From an uncultured bacterium (GTDB lineage: Bacteria; Zixibacteria; MSB-5A5; CAIYYT01): DNA of 64,000 nucleotides. Of this stretch, positions 23,360-31,925 are shown in pieces. The notes under the pieces were generated by a model. The model saw only the letters and a list, made by a program, of their open reading frames with translations, made no database searches and had not been told where the DNA came from. Position 1 is the first letter of the stretch, and each line of letters starts with the position of its first letter. The stretch is from NCBI GenBank assembly GCA_963726455.1, contig CAVSCK010000005.1:128001-192000 (forward strand). The letters are read 5' to 3'. A program made the translations under genes and the position numbers.

Positions 23360-23512
23360 CTTAACCTCCGTATTTATGGAAACAGAATCATTATTCGAAT
23401 ACATGGTGCACCGGAATTTGTCTCTCCGCGAAATCAAGTTGCTCATATGTGTTCCGGTCTTTCTCCTGACTACTCCTATGAATGGCCTGACAACTGAATC
23501 TCCGGCCACGGA

Positions 23513-23545
23513 ATGCGGTGACGGTTACTATTGCCGTCACCGCAT
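23513..23545 (-). other. Intergenic stem-loop without U-tract directly after the stop of 23553-25832
   Basis: ATGCGGTGACGG-9 nt-CCGTCACCGCAT perfect 12-bp inverted repeat, followed by TCCGTGG on minus strand. Confidence 0.6.
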
Positions 23546-23552
23546 ACAAGAA

Positions 23553-25832
23553 CTACTTCATCAAAACCATCTTGCGCGTTTCCGCACGATCGCCCACGGT
23601 CAGACGGTAGAAGTACACACCCGACGGCGCGGTTTCACCGTTATCGTAGCTTCCGCGCCACTTGAAAGTGTACTTACCTGCCGCTAGTGGTTCATCCACG
23701 AGCGTAGAAACCTTCTCGCCCAGCAGATTAAAGACCACCAGCCGCACCGGTTTGTTAGCCATGCCGGCGCTTACCGCAAACTCGATTGTGGTCTCCGGAT
23801 TGAACGGGTTCGGGAAATTCTGGTTAAGCGTAAAGTCGCTCGGTAATGCCGGATGGCTCATACCCTTTACCGGAATCCCCGCCGCATTCGGATCGGACAG
23901 AACCGCAGTCGTAAGCTGTACATCTTTACCATCGGCTGAGATGTCACCAGAGCTTACCAGCGGCAGCTTTAGCATCGTACCGGAGCCCGGTAGAATATTC
24001 GTTTTGGATGACGCACGCGGGTAAAGCAGGACGATTAACTTGCCGTCGGCATAGTCTTTGTAACGCATATACAGCCCGGATGACAACTCAGTCGTCTGCG
24101 GCGCGGCAAAGTGTACCTTCTCGGGATTATAGTTGATCTCCAATTGCACACCGGCGATATTCGTTGGGAAGTCAACGTTTACGTCAATAGTGCTGCCGTT
24201 GACCAACGCTTCACCGTCACCCAACTGCACCACCGCTTCCTTGCCGTTCCATTGCGGAACATTCGGCGGAACACCTCCGAAAATCTGGTTGATGATCGAT
24301 ACCAGGTCGATCACGTCGACGCTGACGTTCTTGTCAAAATCGGCGGCGCTGAATTGCCGGCGCGTCAAAGTGTGATCCCCGATAATGTATCCGACCGTCA
24401 CGACCAAATCCGCGACGTCCACTCGGCGGTCACCATTGACGTCACCGAGCTCATCGACCACGAACACCCCCGTGGTATCAAATTTCAACTGCACAGAAGC
24501 CACCGAGGGATTCGGATTAACCGATTCCCAGGCATCTTCGAATAAAATCTTCGATTCGCCTACAGTTGCCATCGGGCGCACTGACGCCCAGAACTTGAAG
24601 ATTGTCGTTCCGGATACCGTTCCGGGCTGGACTTTCTGATTGTTCAACCCGAAGGCGACGACTTTCACATGGCCGGGTGAGTCGGCCAGGTTCTCGTATA
24701 CCGTGAAGTCGGTGAGACGTTCTGTCGGAACCAGAGAATCAAGCGAGAAGGCGCTGCTGTTGTAAACGAAGTCAAACTGCACACCATATACGTCGCCGAG
24801 GTTGTTCAGATTGATTGGTATTGGAATATCCAACAACCCGGGTATTCCTCCGGCAATCGCCCGGTAGTTGATCGATGACGGCGAGTACAGAATGTCTTCC
24901 GTTGGCGCCGGTGTGCCGACATTGATCGTCACCGATCGCGGCGGGTCAGCCCAGGCGCTGGAATCATCATGGCAGGTGAAAGTTATTGTGAAATTGCCCA
25001 CCTGCTGAATGTTGGGCCAGTTGAACGTCCCGGACGCTGCGCCGTTGCCGGTAACTTGTCCCCCACTGCCAAAGGTCGCACCCGATGGCAGTCCTCCTGC
25101 TATCAAAGTGATTTTCTGCGGTGAATCTGGATCGGTGGCAGTGACATTGAAATTGACCGTATTACCCAACTGGACATTGTAAGTCGTCTGTGATATCGGG
25201 CTTATTGTTGGTGGGCTGTTATGTCCCGGTACGACCGTGCCGATTGTGAGTGTGCCAGACACCAGCGTCGGCTCAACGTCTGGTTTGGTGCCGCTACTGT
25301 CGGTGTAGGTACATACTCGATAATCTTGATTGTTCGGGTCGAGAGGATTGTAGAGTCTGATTTGAGTCGTGGTCCCGTTGGGTAGACCGTCCTTGACCTT
25401 AACCCAGAACTCCATGATGTTTCCCCGGCCGCGCGGAATCGCCTGCTGCCAACCGATTCCATAGTAGACCGACGTAACCGAGTCGCTCGTTCGCATTTCC
25501 TGCGCATACTCGAACAGTGGCGGCATCATAACACCACGTTCGATCTGGTTGTACTGAATCTGAAATACATGCGCATTCGGATCCGTGGAATCTACTATTC
25601 CGGCGTATTTGACCACATTGGTATCGATGCGGAAGTAGACGAATATATTGGAGAGATCCATACTGTCGTTCACTACGAACAGCTTGATGGGAACCACAGA
25701 TCCTGCCGCCACCGTGACGTCCTGGACCTTAAAAGTGTCAATCGTCGACGTGCCCTGTGCCCAGGCCACCTGCGTCAGCACGCAGAAGGCCAGCACGACC
25801 GCCAGCAGCATCAATGACATTCGTTTAGACAT
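23553..25832 (-). CDS. Scaffoldin-like secreted protein: cohesin, Ig, cohesin, dockerin, cohesin, FlgD-Ig/T9SS-type CTD
   Basis: Cohesin-like 'VQDVTVAAGSVVPIKLFV', 'IPINLNNLGDVYGVQFDFVYN', 'VNVDFPTNIAGVQLEINYNP'; dockerin GDVNGDRRVDVADLV / ADFDKNVSVDVIDLV; CTD 'NQNFPNPFNPET...SGVYFYRL...RKMVLMK'. Confidence 0.8.
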   Translation of the reverse strand: MSKRMSLMLLAVVLAFCVLTQVAWAQGTSTIDTFKVQDVTVAAGSVVPIKLFVVNDSMDLSNIFVYFRIDTNVVKYAGIVDSTDPNAHVFQIQYNQIERGVMMPPLFEYAQEMRTSDSVTSVYYGIGWQQAIPRGRGNIMEFWVKVKDGLPNGTTTQIRLYNPLDPNNQDYRVCTYTDSSGTKPDVEPTLVSGTLTIGTVVPGHNSPPTISPISQTTYNVQLGNTVNFNVTATDPDSPQKITLIAGGLPSGATFGSGGQVTGNGAASGTFNWPNIQQVGNFTITFTCHDDSSAWADPPRSVTINVGTPAPTEDILYSPSSINYRAIAGGIPGLLDIPIPINLNNLGDVYGVQFDFVYNSSAFSLDSLVPTERLTDFTVYENLADSPGHVKVVAFGLNNQKVQPGTVSGTTIFKFWASVRPMATVGESKILFEDAWESVNPNPSVASVQLKFDTTGVFVVDELGDVNGDRRVDVADLVVTVGYIIGDHTLTRRQFSAADFDKNVSVDVIDLVSIINQIFGGVPPNVPQWNGKEAVVQLGDGEALVNGSTIDVNVDFPTNIAGVQLEINYNPEKVHFAAPQTTELSSGLYMRYKDYADGKLIVLLYPRASSKTNILPGSGTMLKLPLVSSGDISADGKDVQLTTAVLSDPNAAGIPVKGMSHPALPSDFTLNQNFPNPFNPETTIEFAVSAGMANKPVRLVVFNLLGEKVSTLVDEPLAAGKYTFKWRGSYDNGETAPSGVYFYRLTVGDRAETRKMVLMK

Positions 25833-25956
25833 TTTGGTACCTCTTAAATAAACAAATATTCACATGCATGAAGACACATGCTCCGAAGAGCCGTGTACTT
25901 GTCGTCTGATTCATTGATCGCGTTCTGCGTGCGCGTTATCATTCTTTTCGCGATCC

Positions 25957-28383
25957 TCACTTCAAAAGCACCATCTTCTTCGTTGAACTAAAATCGTCGC
26001 TTTGCATCCGGTAGAAATAGACTCCCGATGACAACGGCTCACCCGAATCGTTCTTCCCGTCAAATGTCACCCGGTGCCGTCCGGCAGCCATGTAGCCAGA
26101 GGATAACTTCCGCACCTGTTCTCCCAACACATTGTAAATCGAGATTGCCACCTCACCGGCGTGTGGCAGTTCAAACGCGATTACCGTCTCCGGGTTGAAT
26201 GGATTCGGATAATTCTGCTGCAATTCGTATTGTTGCGGCAGCATCCCACCGTCCTTGGAATTCGTCAGTTTGACCTCGCGTCCCTGCACGTCTACCAACT
26301 CTTGTCTCACCAACTCGATATTGTCCGCACCCAACAGTCGGAACAGCTCCTGTCCATTCGCCGTAAATCCTCTTCCTTGGGAACCAATCACCAGCACGCG
26401 CATCAGCGAATCCGTCTGGCTTGATTTGAAGTCCACACCGCTGAGTTGGCCTGCGGGGACGCAAGTCACGGACTTGCCATCAGCAATTCTGAACAGATAC
26501 AGCGCCGCCGCGATGTCACCGTTCGTATTCAGCGAGTAGACATAATCGCCCGCGTCTCTACCGAACGAATACTGGCAGTCAACCTGCGCAACATCGGCGG
26601 CAACTTTCCCAAAATCGCCTCGGATAATGCGCAGCATCAGCACCAGATCGCCCAGCGTAGCCGGATTTCCGTCCTGATTGACATCGCTGTTCGCCCAGCG
26701 CTCACCGGTCAGAGGATATCCGCTCGGATTGATGAAGTAATTGGTGTAGTACACCATATCGCCGATATCCATCGGCACGCCGTTAAGATTGATATCGCCG
26801 ACCAGTGCGTCGTACTTCTTGATCAACACGCTTCCGGAAATCAGGCTGACCTCTGCGCGCGGCAGGATCGTGCCATCCAATTCGTAAATGATGTTATCCG
26901 TGTTGGACAGCGAATCGATGATCTTGAATTCCAGCCGCGAAAATTGCCCCGCCAAATCCAGATTCGTGCAGGTCGCAAACTTCAGATGTACGACCGGGCC
27001 GTCACCCTGTGTCAGCGGCCCACCGCCCGGAACTCCGGTAACCGAATGCGCATCGATAAATATCTTGCCGTCAGTCGAGACACTCGTCGTAAACGGGTGC
27101 CAGAGTTTAGTGCGTAACGTGTCGCGCGTTGCTGATATCAGCCTCAACAGGGTAGGATCGAACTGAATTGTCAGACTGAATCCGGCGACGCCGATTCGAT
27201 TGCGCAGATTAACCGGCACATCCAGCAGTTCATTGTTAAATGCCTGCGCATTCGGCAGCGACAGCTCCGCCGGCAAAGTCGGCAGCAACTGCAGATCAAC
27301 CTGTCTATGTACCCTGCCGCCTGATTCATCAGTCGCATAGATGTCCCAGGCGTAGGAACCTGAATCAGCGATATCGCTGCCCCATATAATGTAGCCCGGA
27401 TTGCTCGAATGTATTTCTGCTCCCGGAGGGAGATTCGAAGCGCCGAAAGTTATCTGTTCGAAATCGGGATCATTCGCTACCAGCGGCACAAATACTGAAT
27501 CACCCGAATATGCCGTTACCGCGCCGCTAACGCTGATCTGCGGCAGGCGGTTGACATTGATCACTTCGATCGGTACATCCATCTGCACCGCGAGACTTCC
27601 ATCGGTCGCAAGGAATGTCGCCGCATAAGGAGAACCCAGGGCCGATCCCGGACCGACAAATGGAACAGTCCAACTGAAGGTGCCACTGCCGTTGCCGTTG
27701 TCCTTGAACTTGGCGCCGATCGGCAATCTGCTCCCGTAGAGATGCACCGCCGCGCGTTCCGGATCAGTTGCTCTGACATCAAAGGCCAGCGTCTGGCCCT
27801 CATTGACAAGTTTGCGTGCGATCGGATCAAACTCCGGCGCCTGATTCTGTGTGCCGACCAACAAAGTGCCCTTGTTGAAAGCGGGCGATATGGAAGTCGA
27901 CTGGGACGAACTCAGGAGAAACGTTCCGGCCGGAGGAATAAATGCGCTATCGATAATTCCATTCTGGCCGACTTGCGCCGTCGCGGCCGTGTGGAAGAAT
28001 ATTTCCGCAATTACACCGTTGCCCGCTGCCAGCGGCGCACCCTGCATCGCCAAACCACCGAGCAACACACTCGCTCCTGGAGTGTTCTGCGTCACGCGCA
28101 GCATCGACCACTGGCTGATGCGCGAATGCGTGAAGCTTACCGAATCATAAACTGCAATTGCCGACGGATACTTCAGCGGTATCGTGATGCCGGCAATCTG
28201 CTCGTCATTCCAAAGTGATATCTTTACCGAAAATGCGTTGCCCGTGCTGATGGTTCTGCTCTCGACGGTGACGGTGTCTGGGACCCCGTAGGGGTCAGTC
28301 TGGCACCACACCGGAGAAGGCGCAAAAACCCTAATCAGGACTAGAATAATCAGATATGCAAGGAAGCGTTGAAGATGATTCAT
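25957..28383 (-). CDS. Scaffoldin-like secreted protein: cohesin, 2x Ig, cohesin, dockerin, small domain, FlgD-Ig/T9SS-type CTD
   Basis: Probable start MNHLQRF at 28383; 'DPYGVPDTVTV...KISLWNDEQIAGITIPLKY'; 'VPVNLRNRIGVAGFSLTIQFDP'; dockerin GDINLNGVPMDIGD / SDVNQDGNPATLGD; CTD 'QQNYPNPFNPET...KKMVLLK'. Confidence 0.8.
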   Translation of the reverse strand: MNHLQRFLAYLIILVLIRVFAPSPVWCQTDPYGVPDTVTVESRTISTGNAFSVKISLWNDEQIAGITIPLKYPSAIAVYDSVSFTHSRISQWSMLRVTQNTPGASVLLGGLAMQGAPLAAGNGVIAEIFFHTAATAQVGQNGIIDSAFIPPAGTFLLSSSQSTSISPAFNKGTLLVGTQNQAPEFDPIARKLVNEGQTLAFDVRATDPERAAVHLYGSRLPIGAKFKDNGNGSGTFSWTVPFVGPGSALGSPYAATFLATDGSLAVQMDVPIEVINVNRLPQISVSGAVTAYSGDSVFVPLVANDPDFEQITFGASNLPPGAEIHSSNPGYIIWGSDIADSGSYAWDIYATDESGGRVHRQVDLQLLPTLPAELSLPNAQAFNNELLDVPVNLRNRIGVAGFSLTIQFDPTLLRLISATRDTLRTKLWHPFTTSVSTDGKIFIDAHSVTGVPGGGPLTQGDGPVVHLKFATCTNLDLAGQFSRLEFKIIDSLSNTDNIIYELDGTILPRAEVSLISGSVLIKKYDALVGDINLNGVPMDIGDMVYYTNYFINPSGYPLTGERWANSDVNQDGNPATLGDLVLMLRIIRGDFGKVAADVAQVDCQYSFGRDAGDYVYSLNTNGDIAAALYLFRIADGKSVTCVPAGQLSGVDFKSSQTDSLMRVLVIGSQGRGFTANGQELFRLLGADNIELVRQELVDVQGREVKLTNSKDGGMLPQQYELQQNYPNPFNPETVIAFELPHAGEVAISIYNVLGEQVRKLSSGYMAAGRHRVTFDGKNDSGEPLSSGVYFYRMQSDDFSSTKKMVLLK

Positions 28384-28853
28384 TCTGTCCTGTCCCAATC
28401 CGGGCATAATAGTTCCTGTCATCTGCTATGCTCTTTGAGCAACATATATGCCAAGGCCGTTCTTTCAGGTCTCAGAACGCCCGAACTGTCGGGATTCTGG
28501 ACTAGCTCCTGGTCCATCAGGCAACATTGTGAAATCAAGTAACTTAATCCGTATAGTCGCCTTGTGGCGTACGCTGAAGTACAACGGGCAAGTAAGTGAC
28601 CCAGTGATCTTGACGCGTCGCGTTGCGCAACGTTCAATAATTGTGTGCAAGAATTTGCATTCATTCCTAACAGCTCACTACATCCCGGTCTAAACATAAA
28701 AAACGCCTGGCTGACGTACTTCTTGTATGGGTGCGTCATCACGCCAAGCTTGATGTATTAACCTCTCTCATATGCCGTTAGAAATGTCAGTCGCTAATCA
28801 CCTCGCTTTCCGCTGCGGCTGTCGCAATAGCCGCTTGTCGTTAACAGTTTAGA

Positions 28854-28879
28854 TATGGGGAGATTTTACTCTCCCCATA
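28854..28879 (-). terminator. Stem-loop after 28903-31623 (weak terminator or 3' stabiliser)
   Basis: TATGGGGAGA-6 nt-TCTCCCCATA; poor U-tract. Confidence 0.5.
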
Positions 28880-28902
28880 CCCGGTAAAAGATACCTGAGA
28901 AA

Positions 28903-31623
28903 TTACTTCATCAGCACCATTTTCTTGGTGTCGGTGTATGAGCCAGCGTTCAACTTGTAGAAGTAAACACCGCTCGGGACCATCGAAGCATCCCATTCAA
29001 CGGAAACATTGCCAACGCCATTGCCGTTGAAGCTCTTCACGAGCTGGCCGGCGACGTTGTAAATGTTAAGGGTCCAGTCGGACTGGGTCGGAAGCGACAG
29101 ACCAATCTTCGTGGTGGGGTTGAAGGGGTTCGGAACGTTCTGCGACAACGCAAACGAAGTCGGAAGAGCGGTCTTGTTGACGCGGGTGTTCAGCATGTTA
29201 CCGTTATAGTCGGCAACTTCGACGCCCTTAAGCTCAACATTACCACTAACCGTGAACAGATCGTTCGAGCCAGCGGCCAAACGATTGGTCATGTTTTCCG
29301 TGCCGGAATAAACGAGAACCTTAAGTTCGCCGTTGTTCTCAGCATAGTCAACCTTCATGTTCGTGTTGCTTACAACGTTGTAAGAACCGTTGACTGCGAA
29401 AGTCGCATAAACAGCGCCAAGTTCGCTACCGGCTTCGGTCGAAACCGCGCCATTAGCAAAATTGACCGTCGCCGAAGTAGCAAACGGAGCCAGCTTCGGA
29501 TACGGAAGAGCATCACCAACGATAATGCGCAGCAAGTATACAAGATCACCAACCGTCAACGGACGACCGTCGTTGTTCACGTCGGAAGCCGCGATTGAGG
29601 CCTGGCGAGCAAGCACCGGCGGAGTGACTGAATAGTCGTCAGCCGGAAGAGCAGAGGCGCCATACAGGAAGTAGTTCGTGTACAGAACCGCGTCTGCGAT
29701 TTCGTTCATGATACCGTTCAGGTTGATGTCGCCGCGGGCGTCAATGTCGCCGGCGCAAACGATGTCAACACCACCGTTCCAGAAATAGATGAACTCAAGC
29801 GGGAAAACCTTCATGCCAACAAGACATGCCTGATCGCAATAGCCACCGAAATGGACGGCACTGCCGCAATCGCTGCCGGTAATGTTGTAGTTAGGATCGC
29901 CAAGCTCACCAGTCCAGAGGTAATCTCTCACTTCTTTCGAAATGAATAACGTGTCACCAGTCTGGGACGAAATGCCGTTATCACCGCAATCCATCCAAGC
30001 AAACCGGATATCAACCTTCTGGCATTCAAACGTACGATCGTTAGTCACATAGAACTTCAGGCTGACCAGTTCGCCACCATCCGGAATCTTGTAGCAAGAC
30101 GGATGAGCAGCGCCGTTGTTCTGGTCGGCAATCGCGACTACGCGCAGGAAACCACTCGGGCACGGGCCACCGCAGTTACCCTGGGCGCCGAAACGATAGG
30201 TGAAGTATTCCCAACCGCAGGCCTTGGCGGCAGCGCCAAGCTCGGCTGAGTAGAAAGTAAGACCGGAAGCGTCATAGGCAACGAGGAAGTCAAAACCGCC
30301 CATGCGTTCGGAACCTTTAACCTTCGTGATCGAAACCCACTCATACTGGCCCTGAAGCGAGTTGTGAGTCTTTTCAATCTGAACGATAAAGGGCTGTACT
30401 TCCATAACAAATACGCTGAACGTGCAGGAAACCGTAGCACCACAAGGATCATGAGCAGTAGCGGTAAACTCGAAGGTCTTGTTGCCATCATCCGGAGCGG
30501 TGGTGACAAACGAGAACTTGCCAAGGCCACTAATGCCAAAGCTGCTGGTTCCAGCCGGAGCCGGACCAGCGGACTGCACAACACTCCAAGTCAGGTTGTC
30601 GCACGGATCAGGATCCGTAGCGTTCAACGTGTAATCAAACGTGTTGCCCATACCAACTTGCTGCAACGTAGTCGGGCAGTTGGCGATTACTGGATTGTTG
30701 TTGGTCCAGGTAATCGTGAACGGGAAGGCCTGAGTACCACCGCAACCATTGGTAGCAGTGACGACAACATCAGTCGTGCCGCACTGAGCGGAAGCCGGAA
30801 CTGACAACTCACCGGAGGTAGCATTCATCGTACCAGCGGAAGCCGTGAAAGTCACCGGATTGGCCGCCGGAGTGTTGCCACCCTCGGTCGCCGCAAACGT
30901 AAACGTATAGGCCGAGCAATGATTCTTGCTCACGGCCGGACCCGGAGTCGACGTGAATACTGGCGGAACGCAAGGGATCTTGCCCAAGCAGAACACCACA
31001 TCCGGGGCATCCGGAACCTGCGGAGAAGTATTGGCACCACCGTTGAAAGTCGGGGCATAGGCATTGCCGCTGCCTTCGTCGAATTTCCACGGACCTGCCG
31101 GCGGGAAGAAGATGTTATTGACCGTGAAAGTACCGGTCGAAGTGCCTACCGGCGGGCAAGCGTCCAATGACGGATCGGCCGGCATAATCAGCACCAACGA
31201 CCAGCAAAGGGTCGAAGTGGCATGAGCCGGAAGCGGAACGTCCTGAGCCGCGCCACCGATCATCCAAGAACCGGGAAGTGCAGAAGCCGTAAACTTCAAA
31301 CCACCTACGTCGAAAGCACCAAGTGCATCGCCGTATTCTTGGACATATTTGGCACCGGAGTTCGGCTTGTTGCCGAACGGGGTCTTCCAAGTGAAGGCCA
31401 GGGCCGGCGAAGCCGTGAACTGGAAGCCGAGCGTCGTACCCAGAATCGGGCCCGTATTGGTGACCCAGAGTTCAAATGGGTTCTCTTGTCCGACATAAAC
31501 CTTATTTTGAAGGCTGAGCGGGTACTGCATATTGAATTTGACAGTAACGTCGCCGGACGCGAAAACGCTCGCTGACAGAAGAAGCATAAACGAAATAAAC
31601 AGAACTAAACAATTGCGTTTCAT
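28903..31623 (-). CDS. Scaffoldin-like or major surface protein: cohesin-like, 2x Ig, cohesin, dockerin, small domain, T9SS-type CTD
   Basis: Start MKRNCLVL at 31623 with AAGGAG RBS; 'MGGFDFLVAYDASGLTF'; dockerin GDINLNGIMNEIAD / SDVNNDGRPLTVGD; CTD 'SQNVPNPFNPTT...KKMVLMK'; codon choice (GTT/GCT/ACT/AAC/TTC) looks like a highly expressed gene by eye. Confidence 0.8.
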   Translation of the reverse strand: MKRNCLVLFISFMLLLSASVFASGDVTVKFNMQYPLSLQNKVYVGQENPFELWVTNTGPILGTTLGFQFTASPALAFTWKTPFGNKPNSGAKYVQEYGDALGAFDVGGLKFTASALPGSWMIGGAAQDVPLPAHATSTLCWSLVLIMPADPSLDACPPVGTSTGTFTVNNIFFPPAGPWKFDEGSGNAYAPTFNGGANTSPQVPDAPDVVFCLGKIPCVPPVFTSTPGPAVSKNHCSAYTFTFAATEGGNTPAANPVTFTASAGTMNATSGELSVPASAQCGTTDVVVTATNGCGGTQAFPFTITWTNNNPVIANCPTTLQQVGMGNTFDYTLNATDPDPCDNLTWSVVQSAGPAPAGTSSFGISGLGKFSFVTTAPDDGNKTFEFTATAHDPCGATVSCTFSVFVMEVQPFIVQIEKTHNSLQGQYEWVSITKVKGSERMGGFDFLVAYDASGLTFYSAELGAAAKACGWEYFTYRFGAQGNCGGPCPSGFLRVVAIADQNNGAAHPSCYKIPDGGELVSLKFYVTNDRTFECQKVDIRFAWMDCGDNGISSQTGDTLFISKEVRDYLWTGELGDPNYNITGSDCGSAVHFGGYCDQACLVGMKVFPLEFIYFWNGGVDIVCAGDIDARGDINLNGIMNEIADAVLYTNYFLYGASALPADDYSVTPPVLARQASIAASDVNNDGRPLTVGDLVYLLRIIVGDALPYPKLAPFATSATVNFANGAVSTEAGSELGAVYATFAVNGSYNVVSNTNMKVDYAENNGELKVLVYSGTENMTNRLAAGSNDLFTVSGNVELKGVEVADYNGNMLNTRVNKTALPTSFALSQNVPNPFNPTTKIGLSLPTQSDWTLNIYNVAGQLVKSFNGNGVGNVSVEWDASMVPSGVYFYKLNAGSYTDTKKMVLMK

Positions 31624-31925
31624 TTGTAGCTCCTTAAAAGGTTGCTGAAACGAATTCAGGTTCAAGGTTAACACTCACCTTGTCCTTATGTTGTAGCCCC
31701 TGTGCCGCAAAAGACCATCGCCCGAAGCGACTTCTTTTCGGCGGGTGAGATTCACAGAGGTTGCACGCAATGGCAAACTCTGACTCGTCTCAGATGGTGG
31801 TTGAACGTTTAAGCCTCTTCTTCTCCTAAGATCCTTCTCACCTCCTTTCACTTTTTTTCTCTCCTTATTCTCATTCAATTTCATCTGTCTATACTCTATT
31901 CGGTTTTCATGTCTCGCCAAAAACG

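Noticed and set aside
13876-23509. ORF-track fragments as separate genes, or programmed frameshifting
   Set aside because: Fragments break mid-domain without signal peptides; the breaks match small indels relative to neighbouring repeats with no shared slippery motif
28419-28742. Small ORFs in long intergenic regions (also 31675-31920, 33190-33384, 44721-45053, 61783-62118)
   Set aside because: No convincing RBS, codon bias or motifs; better explained as leaders or repeats
31760-31815. c-di-GMP-I riboswitch (GGCAAAC seed)
   Set aside because: Seed lies on the strand opposite the genes and the GAAA loop and GCAAAG elements are missing
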